From Polyangiaceae bacterium (GTDB lineage: Bacteria; Myxococcota_A; Polyangia; Polyangiales; Polyangiaceae): a DNA stretch of 64,000 nucleotides. Positions 37,325-49,824 of this stretch are shown here, in pieces. Within the stretch, counting starts at the first letter, position 1. Each line of letters opens with the position of its first letter. Under the pieces are notes generated by a model. The model saw only the letters and a list, made by a program, of their open reading frames with translations. It was not told where the DNA came from and made no database searches. The stretch lies in NCBI GenBank assembly GCA_044376115.1, contig JBILLK010000024.1:64001-128000 (forward strand), written 5' to 3'. The translations under genes and the position numbers were made by a program.

Positions 37325-39163
37325 CTACTTGGTTTGGACGGTGGCTCCGCTGGCCTTCTTCTCGGTCACGATGAACTGCACGCGGCGGTTCTTCTGACGA
37401 CCCTCATCCGTCTTGTTGTCGGCGACCGGCTTGTCCATGCCGTAGCCCTTGGAGGTGAGCCGTGCGGCGTCGATACCGCGCTTGATGAGAGCGTCCTTGA
37501 CCGACTTGGCGCGGTCACCGGAGAGCTTGTCATTCATCGCCTTGGCGCCCTTGTTATCCGTGTGGCCCTGAACCTCGAGCCGCAAGATTTCCGGGTGCTC
37601 CTTGAGGACCTGAGCCACCGAATCGAGCAGCGGGTTGGAGACCGAGCGAATCGTCGCCTTGCCGGTGTCGAACTGCACCTGCTCGAGGATCACGATCTCT
37701 TGGTCGGTCACGCGAACGAGCTTGGGGCAACCGTTCTTGGAGGCGTCGGCGTCGGGCTCGCCCTTCTCGCGCGGGCAAGCGTCCTTGTCGTCACGAATGC
37801 CGTCGCCGTCGGTGTCACCGGGGCAGCCGTTGGTGGCCTTGTCGTCGGTCTTGAGGCCGGGGATCTCGACGCAGGCGTCGTCGCCGTCGAGCACGCCGTC
37901 GCCGTCCTTGTCGGCCGGGGGCGGGCAACCGTGCTTGGTCTTGTCCTCGTTGGGGATGCCAGCCACGTCGGGGCAAGCATCGTCGTCGTCGAGGATGGTG
38001 TCACCGTCGCGATCCTTCGGCGGCGGGCAACCGTTCTTGGTCTTGTCTTCATTGCGCGGGCCAGGAACCGTCGGGCAGGCGTCTTCCTTGTCGAGGATGC
38101 CGTCCTTGTCGGTGTCGCCTTCGGCCGGGCAGCCGTGCTTCGCCGGATCGTCGCTCTTGACGCCGGGCACCTTCACGCAAGCGTCCACGTCGTCGTAGAT
38201 CGTGTCGCCGTCGGTGTCGGCCTTGGGCTCTTCAATCACCGGGGTGTAGGCGAACTGGAAGACGCCGCGGAAGGCCGGGGTACCGATGCCGGTGGTGAGA
38301 CCGGGACCAGCCGCGAGCCCGAGCTCGAGGAACTCCACCGACGGAATACGGAGCTTCGCGCCAGCGAGCAATTCTGCGTTGGTGGTGCGACCGTCGGGCG
38401 TCTCGATATCTACGCCGCCCGCGGATTCAGCGCCCAGTTGCAGAATGCGGTCTTCGAGCAAGAGCACGCCAACACCGGCGCCCCAGTTCATTTGGTGACC
38501 GAGCGTGACGGTGGAGAGCGAGGTGCTGCTGCGGAAGGTGGGGCCTGCCATCACCGACCAAATGAAGCGATCCGCGCGACCGCCGAGCAAGAGTTGCGGC
38601 TGACCGCGGACCGAGCCGTCGGTCACGTAGCTGGTGTCTGCGCCGGTGGGCAGCCAAACGTAGCCGCCAACGCCGAACTGAAAGGGCTCGTGGTAGTCAC
38701 CGAAGATGCGCACGCGCGCACCGAGCCGCAGATCACCGACGGATGCGCCGCTCGGCTCATCGAAGGCGATGCCGCCGCCGGTCGGAGCTTCACCGGAGCT
38801 GAGCACTGCAAAGGGCATGTCCGCGTTGATCGCGATGCGGTCCACGATGGAGAAGTTGAGCCCGATGTGAACGAACATCTGGTCGGAGACTACGGAGCCG
38901 ATGTCCTCGGTGTCCGTGCCGGTGTCACGCACGAGCACGAGCGGCTCCCGCGCGTAGTCGAGCAAGGCCATCGCGTGGAACGTGGCTTCTCCAGCTGCGT
39001 AAGGCGAGGGCACGCCGAAGAACCGATCGCCGGCGACCGAAGGATTGAACTTCGGCAGATCGACCGCGGGGGTTTCCTGGGCCTCCGCCGCAGCGGCGCA
39101 GAGCAGGGCACAGGCGGCGGCACACAGCCCACCAATTCGCGCAATCCACACACGAGACCTCAT
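37325..39163 (-). CDS. Outer-membrane beta-barrel + TSP3 repeats + OmpA domain (TraB-like architecture)
   Basis: Signal peptide, beta-barrel with GDLRL motif, five DxDxDGxxDxxDAC...GCP repeats, OmpA motifs (VQGHTDNKG, NRRVQF). Confidence 0.9.
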   Translation of the reverse strand: MRSRVWIARIGGLCAAACALLCAAAAEAQETPAVDLPKFNPSVAGDRFFGVPSPYAAGEATFHAMALLDYAREPLVLVRDTGTDTEDIGSVVSDQMFVHIGLNFSIVDRIAINADMPFAVLSSGEAPTGGGIAFDEPSGASVGDLRLGARVRIFGDYHEPFQFGVGGYVWLPTGADTSYVTDGSVRGQPQLLLGGRADRFIWSVMAGPTFRSSTSLSTVTLGHQMNWGAGVGVLLLEDRILQLGAESAGGVDIETPDGRTTNAELLAGAKLRIPSVEFLELGLAAGPGLTTGIGTPAFRGVFQFAYTPVIEEPKADTDGDTIYDDVDACVKVPGVKSDDPAKHGCPAEGDTDKDGILDKEDACPTVPGPRNEDKTKNGCPPPKDRDGDTILDDDDACPDVAGIPNEDKTKHGCPPPADKDGDGVLDGDDACVEIPGLKTDDKATNGCPGDTDGDGIRDDKDACPREKGEPDADASKNGCPKLVRVTDQEIVILEQVQFDTGKATIRSVSNPLLDSVAQVLKEHPEILRLEVQGHTDNKGAKAMNDKLSGDRAKSVKDALIKRGIDAARLTSKGYGMDKPVADNKTDEGRQKNRRVQFIVTEKKASGATVQTK

Positions 39164-39350
39164 AATGACCTCACGAAAAGTTTCAAAAGACGGGGCATCC
39201 TACTTTCAGCCTGGAGCGCAAAACAATTCTGCTGTTTTGCAGCCTCACTCACGGGCTCAATCGAGACCGCGCTGAAGGACGCTGGCTCACGGACCACTCC
39301 GTCCGGCCTGGACAAACGTTGCGTTTCTCTGTTAGACGCGCTGGCTCCGA

Positions 39351-41753
<2,403 letters not shown>

Positions 41754-41776
41754 TCGCGGTCGAGGACACTCCCAGC

Positions 41777-42832
41777 GTGTCCCTTGGCCGAGCTCCAGAC
41801 GAAGTGCAAAAGCTCCTCTCCCACCCCGGAGAGGAGCTTTGTGTGCGTTTGTTGGGCGCGCTCTCGGGCGAGACGCTGCTCGTCGCAGACGGTGCGCGGC
41901 TGCGCGGCTTTTGGAAGCCGAGCCTGCTCGCCGAGCTTGGCGAGCTCGCCGCGCCGGTGGACTTCACGCTCGAGCAGCAGGGGCTTCGCGAGGTCGTACG
42001 CATCACCTCCGTCGACTTACCGGCGGGCCAGCTGGAGGTACCGACGAGCAGCTGGGATCGAGAGAATTTGGCGCAACTCAGCGCGCAGCTCGCCCAAGCG
42101 ATATCCGCCCACGCTGAGCCCGCGCACGCGGTCGAAGCCGAGGCCGCTACGGAGCCCCCAGGCGAAGCGAGTGCAACAGCGCCATCCCTGCCAGGAATCG
42201 TGGGCGCAGAGCCCGAAGCAACCGCGAGCCTCAATAGCGCGCAAGCCGAGCTGCTCACGCTGCTTGCTCGCCGCGTCCAGAACCCCTCCGAGCTGGCCTC
42301 GCTAAGGTCCGTTTTTCTCGGGCTCTTGACCACGCAGCTCGAGTCGAACGACCACGCCAGCGATCAGGCGTTGGTAGTTGAGCTGCGCGCTTTGCATGAA
42401 GGGGCAAACGCAAAGGAGCGTGAGATGCTCGCCGTGGCGATCGAGCTCTGTCGCCGCGAGCAGATCGAAGCCCTGCTCGAGTACCTTGCCCAGAGTCGCG
42501 AGCGCACGTCAGTCCCGCTCCGGCTGGCCTGGGCCCACGCTATGCGGTTCTACGGGGACCCGAGCAAGGTTACTGGCGCTTTTGAACGCGCGCTCGACGT
42601 TGGCGCACCGAACGAACTTTGCCAGCCCTTCATCTCGGCTCCGCCCCGGCAGAAGAAGAAGCGGAAACCGAAGGGCAAGCTCGCGGAGCAACAACAACCT
42701 CGGAGTGACGCGCGCGACCACGAAGTGAGCGAGAACTCCGCCAGAGAAGCGCCGGACTCGTCGGATCGGAACTGGATGCTCCTGCTATTGGTGGCGCTTG
42801 TCGCTGCCGTCATTCATCACTTGAGCTGTTAA
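41777..42832 (+). CDS. Hypothetical protein with C-terminal TM anchor
   Basis: 351-aa ORF; C-terminal WMLLLLVALVAAVI; 3' end overlaps fxsA convergently. Confidence 0.6.
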   Translation: MSLGRAPDEVQKLLSHPGEELCVRLLGALSGETLLVADGARLRGFWKPSLLAELGELAAPVDFTLEQQGLREVVRITSVDLPAGQLEVPTSSWDRENLAQLSAQLAQAISAHAEPAHAVEAEAATEPPGEASATAPSLPGIVGAEPEATASLNSAQAELLTLLARRVQNPSELASLRSVFLGLLTTQLESNDHASDQALVVELRALHEGANAKEREMLAVAIELCRREQIEALLEYLAQSRERTSVPLRLAWAHAMRFYGDPSKVTGAFERALDVGAPNELCQPFISAPPRQKKKRKPKGKLAEQQQPRSDARDHEVSENSAREAPDSSDRNWMLLLLVALVAAVIHHLSC

Positions 42833-43325
42833 CCTTGCCGGTACTGAGCAACGGCATCTCGACAATTTCGGCGTCATCCGCGTCAAAATGACTGACGTCG
42901 CTTTCTCGCCCTACGCCGTCGAAGCTGACCACGTTGACCTGCACTCGACCTTGCTCCGCCGCCCGCGCAAATCGGCTCGCAACGAAGGCGGAGACGCCCC
43001 GAGCGATCAACCGGCGGCTCGGCGGAAACAGGCACAAGAGCCCGAGCACGTCCGTCATGACCCCCGGCGTTGCCAGGAGCACGGCGCCCACCAGCACCAA
43101 CGCTCCTGACACCAAGCCGTCCTCCGGCATACGCAGTTCACCGAGCGCCCGCTTCCACTGCGAGAGAACTCGCAGGCCCTCCCGCTTACCCAAGTACCCG
43201 CCAAGTAAGGCCACTGCGATGGTCAGAGCTACCGTGGGCCAAAACCCGAGCACATCACCGATCACCAGCAGCAGCCACAGATCCAAGAGCGGTAAAACGA
43301 TGAATAGCAGCGCCAGGTAGCCCAC
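42810..43325 (-). CDS. fxsA: FxsA family membrane protein
   Basis: LFIVLPLLDLWLL..IG...GFWPT...REG...LLATPGVMTDVLG. Confidence 0.9.
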   Translation of the reverse strand: MGYLALLFIVLPLLDLWLLLVIGDVLGFWPTVALTIAVALLGGYLGKREGLRVLSQWKRALGELRMPEDGLVSGALVLVGAVLLATPGVMTDVLGLLCLFPPSRRLIARGVSAFVASRFARAAEQGRVQVNVVSFDGVGRESDVSHFDADDAEIVEMPLLSTGKVNSSSDE

Positions 43326-43403
43326 GGGCCGACACCATAACGATGGATTGCGCCACGTAAAGTCACCGCGGGCGAATCAGATTGAAACGTCCGCTGGTTC
43401 GAG

Positions 43404-43793
43404 TCAGCGGTCTCGCTCGTTCTTCAGCATCGTCGTCTCGCCGCAGAATACCAGCGGCGAGCTATCCGGGTTCTTCGCCGCGAAGGCCTTCGCGAACGAA
43501 TTGCAATCGCTTCCGCTCTTGCAGCGCACTCCCACCGCCTCGGTGGTGCCGGACTTGCCTGGATAGGCAAGCTCCCACGAGACCACGGTAACCTCGATCG
43601 GAAGTCGACTGGCCGAGGCAAAATTGCGGATGCGCTCAGCCGGTGCGTTGTCGCCCGTTCCACCGAGTAGAATCGCTCGCGCGCTACTGCACTCCGATTT
43701 GGTCTCGGTCACGTTGCCTGCGAGCGCGGGGAGCGCCACCGCCAACGTCAGCATTGAAGCCACCACAACCACGCTGCGAATCTTCGAAATCAT
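43404..43793 (-). CDS. Small secreted protein with 4 Cys
   Basis: ATG 43793 with RBS GGAGG; signal peptide MISKIRSVVVVASMLTLAVALPALA. Confidence 0.7.
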   Translation of the reverse strand: MISKIRSVVVVASMLTLAVALPALAGNVTETKSECSSARAILLGGTGDNAPAERIRNFASASRLPIEVTVVSWELAYPGKSGTTEAVGVRCKSGSDCNSFAKAFAAKNPDSSPLVFCGETTMLKNERDR

Positions 43794-43938
43794 CGAGCTA
43801 TTTCCTCCCGCCCAGGAGCTGCTCTCGCTGGGCTCCCTCGATACGCCTGGCGGCGTTCGCGCCTTCCCAACCTCGAGCAAGCGGCGAACGAACCCGCGGC
43901 GTCTTGTATGTTCGCGGCGGAACGCCGACAATCCGCTG

Positions 43939-44643
43939 GTGAAGTCCACCTGTACCTGGTTCCTGCTTTCGGTGGCGTTGGGCTGTGCCAGCAACGTCGA
44001 GCGACAAACCGGTGGTTCGGATAGCACCTCCGATTCCGGAGGTGCCTCGGCGGGCGGCGCCAGCTCGATCTCCGCCAGCAGCAGCAGCAGCAGCGGCGGT
44101 TCGAACGTAGCCGGCAGCGCCGGGGACGGCGGCAGCGTTGGCGACGGTGGTAGCTCGAGCTCGGGCCAAACCATCTGCAACGACTTCGGCTCAGAATGCA
44201 CCGCGTGCGTCGCCGTTGAGTGCCCGGTTGATTGGTGCAACTGCGTGGCCAACCCCGATTGCCTCGCCTTGTTTCCCTGTGCGGCGGATTGCAACGGCGA
44301 CCAAGCGTGCAACCAACAGTGCCTCAGCACTCATGAGGCAGGAGCGTCAGCCGCTTTGTTAGTCGCGAGCTGCAGTGGTGGCCCCTGTGCAACTAGCTGC
44401 CCGAACGGCGGGGAACAGGCTGGCCCATGTGAAGAGTGCCTCTACCAACAGTGCGAAGACATCACTAATAGCTGCTTCGCCGAGCCTGCCTGCTTCGGAC
44501 TTTGGAATTGTCTCAAAGCCTGCCCCGACGCCGATCTGGAGTGCCAAAACGGCTGCTACAACACGCACGAGCAAGGCATCGACGAGCTGCAGGCGGTGAT
44601 CGATTGCGCTGGCTCGACCTGCGATTCATCGTGCCCCAACTGA
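43939..44643 (+). CDS. Cys-rich lipoprotein
   Basis: Lipobox VALGC, Gly/Ser linker, two copies of a CxxCxxxxC...C helical Cys repeat. Confidence 0.8.
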   Translation: MKSTCTWFLLSVALGCASNVERQTGGSDSTSDSGGASAGGASSISASSSSSSGGSNVAGSAGDGGSVGDGGSSSSGQTICNDFGSECTACVAVECPVDWCNCVANPDCLALFPCAADCNGDQACNQQCLSTHEAGASAALLVASCSGGPCATSCPNGGEQAGPCEECLYQQCEDITNSCFAEPACFGLWNCLKACPDADLECQNGCYNTHEQGIDELQAVIDCAGSTCDSSCPN

Positions 44644-44787
44644 GCTCTGCGCAAAGCTTGCGTCGCACACGCAAAGACGCGCAGGCCCTCAGTCTCTAGC
44701 CACGAATCTTCAACTCTCGAGAATCCTTTGTTCGGCCAGCGACTCTTACCTGCAGACCCAAACAGAAAGGGTCTGGAGGCTGAGACC

Positions 44788-44997
44788 ATGTTGGAACGCA
44801 TTTTCCCCAATAATGAGCACGTCGTGGAGCGCATGCTGCGCGTGGTGATTGGCCTTGCCGTCATCTCGCTCGCATTTGTAGGCCCGCAGACGCCCTGGGC
44901 TTGGTTCGGCTTGGTTCCCCTCGCCACGGGTATTCTCGGGAGTTGCCCACTCTATACGCTCTTCGGCATCAGCACCTGTCGGGTCAAAGCTCGCTAA
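44788..44997 (+). CDS. DUF2892 (YgaP-like TM) protein
   Basis: NEHVVERMLRVVIG...GLVPLATG...CPLYTLFGISTC; RBS GGAGG. Confidence 0.92.
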   Translation: MLERIFPNNEHVVERMLRVVIGLAVISLAFVGPQTPWAWFGLVPLATGILGSCPLYTLFGISTCRVKAR

Positions 44998-45014
44998 GGC
45001 TGATGCGGGCATAG

Positions 45015-45596
45015 ATGGTGCTACTGGACGGCGCAATGAACGAGCTGGAGTCAGACGCTGGGGATCGCGAGGCACTCGCCGAGGTTGCGATCCCCAATTC
45101 TCACGGGCTTGAGAAGCTGCTGAACCGTCACGGGCCAGCGCTATTGCGCTATCTGCGGACGCTTCTCCCAGCTTCCGCTGCAGAGGATGCGCTGCAGGAG
45201 ACCTTCCTCGCCGTCTTCCGCGGAGCGCAGGGCTTTCGCGGTGAAGGAAGCGTGCGCGGCTGGCTTTACACCATTGCTCGCAATACGGCGTTCAAACTAC
45301 GCCGTCATCAGCGTGAAGAGCCGAAGGACCTCGAGGATATTGATGCTCTTGGCACCGCTGCGGGCTGGGGAGCGTCAGAGCGGCCAGATGATCTGCTTTC
45401 GACGCAAGAGCAGCATCAGGCGCTCGCTACAGCGCTCACCCAGCTGGACCCATTCGATCAAGAGATCTTGGTCTTACGCGACATGGACGGGCTTTCCGGC
45501 GAGGAGACTGCAAAGATATTGGGTATTGGACTACCTGCAGCGAAGAGTCGACTTCATCGAGCACGACTCAAATTGATTGGAGCCTTGCCGCGATGA
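45015..45596 (+). CDS. ECF RNA polymerase sigma factor
   Basis: AEDALQETF, WLYTIARN, LVLRDMDGLSGEETAKILG, KSRLHRAR. Confidence 0.95.
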   Translation: MVLLDGAMNELESDAGDREALAEVAIPNSHGLEKLLNRHGPALLRYLRTLLPASAAEDALQETFLAVFRGAQGFRGEGSVRGWLYTIARNTAFKLRRHQREEPKDLEDIDALGTAAGWGASERPDDLLSTQEQHQALATALTQLDPFDQEILVLRDMDGLSGEETAKILGIGLPAAKSRLHRARLKLIGALPR

Positions 45597-45853
45597 ACCT
45601 CAATCGACGCGTTGGTAGCTTTACTTGTGCAGAGGTGCTTGCCCGGCTATCCGCCTACTTGGATGGAGAGCTCGCCGAGTCGGAGCTCACGCAACTCGCT
45701 GAGCACGTGCAGGGCTGCTCGACCTGCGAGACCTTTGGCGCCCGCTTCGGCCGCATCATCAAGGAGCTGCGTGGGCAACCACTGCCGGCGCTCGACGAGG
45801 CCGCAAAGGCGCGCGTTCTCAAGCTGTGCACGGAGAGCAACCGAGAAGGTTGA
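45593..45853 (+). CDS. Soluble zinc-binding anti-sigma factor (zf-HC2/ZAS)
   Basis: C...LSAYLDGEL...HVQGCSTC (HxxxCxxC); ATGA overlap with the sigma gene. Confidence 0.92.
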   Translation: MNLNRRVGSFTCAEVLARLSAYLDGELAESELTQLAEHVQGCSTCETFGARFGRIIKELRGQPLPALDEAAKARVLKLCTESNREG

Positions 45854-45884
45854 CCCTTGTTTGCCGGCGGCCTCTCATCCTGCG

Positions 45885-47333
45885 GTGAGCCGCCTTCCAT
45901 CCCCAGAGCGAACGCAAATCGACGCCGTTCGCTGGAACGCACGGGTTTGCGCTGCAAGCCTCGCCCTCGGCGTCAGCTGCGCACCGCCGCAAGACCGGCC
46001 GCCCGCTCGCCAAGCGCTGCAAGCTGCGCCCAGCGCCGTTCGTCTTCCAACCGCGACGGCACAGCCGCAGTCGGCCGCTCCCCCCGACCTCGACCTCGAT
46101 GCAGGCGACCCGCGCAGGCCGGCTCCAACCTTGCGCTTCACGCTCGAGACCGCCAAACAGGCGCAACCCACCTTCATCGCGCCAGGGCCGGACGCGAGCG
46201 TTTGGTTCGTCGAAAGTTCAGGCCGCCTGCGCAAAGTCTCTGCAACAGGCACGGTCGAGCTTTCCACCGTGTTCGCAAAAGGCCAGTGGCTGCTGAGCGA
46301 CGCAGCTTCCTCCCCGACGGGAGAGCTGGCCCTGATCGGCCTATTCAACGAACTACAGCTCGGCGGAACGCGCGTCCCGCATCGTAAGGACTTTAGCGAC
46401 TTCTCCGGCCTCCGCGGCGCCTTCGTCGCGCGCTTGGATAACAATGCAAAACCGCTGTTCTTGCGCTCGCTCCCGTCCGCCATGCGGGAGGTGCTAGCGC
46501 TTGGCGAGAAGACGGTGCTCGCTGGCTTCGGCGGCGGCACGGCGAAGCCAGATGCCCCTGATCCGATCGAAAGCCTGCAAGGCTTCTTCCTCGCCGGGCT
46601 CGGTAAGGACGGCGCGGCGCAATGGGCTAACAGCACCGACCCAGGGCAACTACGCGCTAGCGGTGACGGTTTTACCTTTATATCGTCAAGCACTGGCTCA
46701 CACGTGGAGGTCTCCAGCTGGTCGCAAGAGGGCACACAGATGGCGAGCCACCGCGTGCCTTACAAGGCGCGCATCGACCACGCCGCTGCGCATCGTGGTC
46801 AGGTGGCCTTGGGCTTCGAGATGTTGGCGAGCAGTGGCCCGCCCGACTTCGGCACAGGGCCGCTTCCGCGCGGTTTTGGTTTTGGCGTCGCACAACTGGG
46901 TATGGCGCCGGAGCCTGCGGTCGGTTGGATTCGCTTGTTCGACGGCGAGGCCCCGCGCAGGTTCCAAGAGCTGCTCAACGTGGCTCCGACGCCAGAAGGT
47001 GGCACCGTAGTCGCGACGCTCTGGCTCCACGCCGAGGCTGCCGAGCTACCGCCCGACACAGCGCCGCCTGTGAAGGGCGTCGCTGTCGACCTGGAGCTAC
47101 TTGAACTGGATGACCAAGGGCACCTCGCGTGGTCCTTGCGACAGCTTTTACCCGATAGCTGCCACGCTGGGCTGCAGGGGCAGGACGCCCCCACGACCAA
47201 CGTAACGGCGGATGTCCTCGTGACGAGCAACCGGGCGTACGTAGCCATCAATTGCGGCATGGTCGAGACCTACGCTGGAGCCTTTGGTGACAACCGCGCA
47301 TGGCTCTACGGTTGGCAACGCGAGCCTGAGTGA
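45885..47333 (+). CDS. Lipoprotein, probably beta-propeller
   Basis: LALGVSC lipobox; repeated AFVARLD.../FFLAGLGKDGAAQW-type blades. Start inferred. Confidence 0.6.
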   Translation: MSRLPSPERTQIDAVRWNARVCAASLALGVSCAPPQDRPPARQALQAAPSAVRLPTATAQPQSAAPPDLDLDAGDPRRPAPTLRFTLETAKQAQPTFIAPGPDASVWFVESSGRLRKVSATGTVELSTVFAKGQWLLSDAASSPTGELALIGLFNELQLGGTRVPHRKDFSDFSGLRGAFVARLDNNAKPLFLRSLPSAMREVLALGEKTVLAGFGGGTAKPDAPDPIESLQGFFLAGLGKDGAAQWANSTDPGQLRASGDGFTFISSSTGSHVEVSSWSQEGTQMASHRVPYKARIDHAAAHRGQVALGFEMLASSGPPDFGTGPLPRGFGFGVAQLGMAPEPAVGWIRLFDGEAPRRFQELLNVAPTPEGGTVVATLWLHAEAAELPPDTAPPVKGVAVDLELLELDDQGHLAWSLRQLLPDSCHAGLQGQDAPTTNVTADVLVTSNRAYVAINCGMVETYAGAFGDNRAWLYGWQREPE

Positions 47334-47406
47334 CTCACCTTCCGCGCGATGGCGTCGCTGGAGGGTGCTAGCTTGGCCGCTACTCTCGCCCATGAAGGAT
47401 TTAGCT

Positions 47407-47934
47407 ATGAACGGTTTGGTTCAACGAGTCGGTGCGACGGTGGTCGCGATGGCAATCGGATGCAGCTCTTCCACGCCTCCAGGCGAATCTCCGCCGAGCG
47501 CCAAGAGCACCGCTACCGCACAGCAGACGGCAGCAGCGGTAGACGCCGGAACCGCTACCGCGCAAACGACCTCTATTGCACCAACGGCGACGGCAACCGC
47601 CGCTGACTCCGCTACCCCGAGCACGGCCGCGGGGCTATGCAAACTCGGGAAGAACTGGGACGCCTGTGCCGACCAGCAGGTTGAGCTGATCGGTGAAAAG
47701 GCCAAGATGGTCAGTGAACACCCAATGGCGACGATGCCCGGGTCCAAGCAGGTACAAGACTACATTGATACCGAGGGCCGCCAGGTGGTCGTACTCACCG
47801 AAAAGGCGATTGCCTGCAAGGGCAAGCTAACTGCCACGGGGACGCTGCGCTCGGTCAAGCTCGGCGGCGCTCCAGGGACGCGCGGGAGCTATGAGGGTTA
47901 CCGTTTGGACAACGCCGTCATCGTTTGCAGATAG
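47407..47934 (+). CDS. Lipoprotein with Thr/Ala linker and small OB-fold-like domain
   Basis: Lipobox MAIGC; low-complexity linker; beta-rich C-terminus with 4 Cys. Confidence 0.7.
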   Translation: MNGLVQRVGATVVAMAIGCSSSTPPGESPPSAKSTATAQQTAAAVDAGTATAQTTSIAPTATATAADSATPSTAAGLCKLGKNWDACADQQVELIGEKAKMVSEHPMATMPGSKQVQDYIDTEGRQVVVLTEKAIACKGKLTATGTLRSVKLGGAPGTRGSYEGYRLDNAVIVCR

Positions 47935-47937
47935 CCA

Positions 47938-48915
47938 TTAACTCAGCTGATCGGCAAACATCGCGCAGTCGATGTGGCGGGGGTCGAAGGGCAGCGCGAG
48001 CATCTCGCGCCGCTCGTGCGGCTCGGCGTAGACCTCGACCCAGTCAGCGAAGCGAGTTGGGTAATAGTTTCGCTCGGCGACCAAACACTGACCGCGCTCC
48101 CACAAGTCGCTCACGCTGGAGAGCGCCTGCCGAGTCGGCTCGTGCAAGCAGCCGGCAATGGCTTTATCCACCGCCGAGCGACTAAAGACCGAACGAATCG
48201 AACCACCATTCGCTTGTTTGGGCGGACGGGGGAACCCGCCCATCCAGATAGGAACCTCCGCCAGCCTTTGACGAGCAAATGGGTCCACGGGTCGCCCGTC
48301 CAACCAAACGTTGAAGTGGATATGAGGGATACCCCAGGGGAAGGTGATAAAGCCGTCCAATCCACTATAGCCGGAAACGGCGAAGGGCTCGCCAGTGCGC
48401 AGGGGCTGTCCCACCTTCACCAAACTCCGCGCTAAGTGCGCGGAAGACGTGGTGAGACCATCGCCATGATCGATGGCGATTTTGAGCCCTCCGCGATTGA
48501 ACTCGCTCCACACCCGCGCAACGACGCCAGCAGCTGGTGCGCACACGAGCGAGCCAACCGGGATGCATAAGTCTGTCCCGTTGTGACTGTCATAGGTCGC
48601 CCCTAAACCGCGGAAGTCTTCAACCTGGGTGCGCTTGACGCTCCAGCCATTCGCCGTGGGCGTCTGCCGGTGATTGAACAGGTTCGTCAGGAGGGCTGTG
48701 CGGGGGACCACGAATCTCCCGCGCCAGAGCGGGATGCCCAGCCGCGGGCGCAACAAGGCCAGGCTCGATCGGTCGTAGTGCGACTTTGGGAGCTGCTCAC
48801 CGCCAGCAATCGCCAACATCGCTTGCCGCGCGCGTAGCGAAAGCGGCAAGAGCCCCATCGCTTCCGCCAAGGTGGGAGGGGCAAAGGACGTGGGCGGCGG
48901 CTCGGCGTTGGACAT
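47938..48915 (-). CDS. M23 family metallopeptidase
   Basis: HNGTD (HxxxD), AHL, PHIHF (HxH), PVDPF. Confidence 0.9.
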   Translation of the reverse strand: MSNAEPPPTSFAPPTLAEAMGLLPLSLRARQAMLAIAGGEQLPKSHYDRSSLALLRPRLGIPLWRGRFVVPRTALLTNLFNHRQTPTANGWSVKRTQVEDFRGLGATYDSHNGTDLCIPVGSLVCAPAAGVVARVWSEFNRGGLKIAIDHGDGLTTSSAHLARSLVKVGQPLRTGEPFAVSGYSGLDGFITFPWGIPHIHFNVWLDGRPVDPFARQRLAEVPIWMGGFPRPPKQANGGSIRSVFSRSAVDKAIAGCLHEPTRQALSSVSDLWERGQCLVAERNYYPTRFADWVEVYAEPHERREMLALPFDPRHIDCAMFADQLS

Positions 48916-49003
48916 GAGTTTGCGTTTCCTTGTGCGAGGCCGTGATCGAAACGGGCAATCGCGTCACCAATAGCTTGGGTCTCGCGACCTACAAAGGTCC
49001 CTC

Positions 49004-49822
49004 ATGCGAAGTTTAGCGACGAATAGCTCCACGATGCCGGACAGAGACCGATGGCGTATACCGTTTCCTAAGCTGCCGAGTTTCTTGAAGCCGGTAGCGG
49101 GCTATTGGGGGCTCGGCGGAGCCCCGCGGAGCTACGAGGAGCGCCACCGCTTCATGCAACAACACTTCCCCTCAGCGGTCGTGCGTCTACAGATCATGAT
49201 GTGTTTCGCAGCGCGAGCGCTGCCCGTTTTCGAGCAGGCGTTTCCGGAGGACGAACGGCCGCGGCAAGCCATGCTGGAGGCCTCGCGATACGCTCGACTA
49301 GCGGCCCCTACCGCAGTCGATCGCTCGAGGCTCCACAAGGCGCTCGACCTCGCCTACCGCGCAGCCGACAGCGCGCACGAATCCGCCTATGCCCCTTACG
49401 ATTCGCTCGGTATCGCGTCCGCCTTCGCGAATGGCTTTGATCGCCGCATCCGCGCGGGGATGGCGGCCTACGCCTGTGCGTCGCTCGACGCATTTTACGA
49501 GTCAGCGCCGCCGCCCGGCGCGAGCTCCACCTGGGCGGATGACGCAGCGCTCGCTTCCGAGGATCCCGCGGAGGAGCGCGAGAATCAGTCGCGACTCATC
49601 GCGCTCTTTCTGCCTGCTGGAGAGTGGTCAGCGAGCTGGTCCAGCGAGCGGCTTCGGAGCCTTGCGCAACTTGCAATGGAGGACGCCGAGCGCGCCGGCG
49701 AGCTGGCCGACGCACTCGAACAAGCAGGCTGCAAACATGAGTTCGTGTTGTCACCGCTGCGGCAGTGCCCGCAGCTGCTCTCCGCGGGGACGTGGCTATG
49801 GTCGAAGCTCTGCCCGAGCTGA
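49004..49822 (+). CDS. Imm5-like (putative immunity) domain protein
   Basis: FAARALPVFEQAFPEDERPRQAM matches the Imm5-like pattern; C-terminal LADALEQAGC motif. Confidence 0.6.
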   Translation: MRSLATNSSTMPDRDRWRIPFPKLPSFLKPVAGYWGLGGAPRSYEERHRFMQQHFPSAVVRLQIMMCFAARALPVFEQAFPEDERPRQAMLEASRYARLAAPTAVDRSRLHKALDLAYRAADSAHESAYAPYDSLGIASAFANGFDRRIRAGMAAYACASLDAFYESAPPPGASSTWADDAALASEDPAEERENQSRLIALFLPAGEWSASWSSERLRSLAQLAMEDAERAGELADALEQAGCKHEFVLSPLRQCPQLLSAGTWLWSKLCPS

Positions 49823-49824
49823 AC

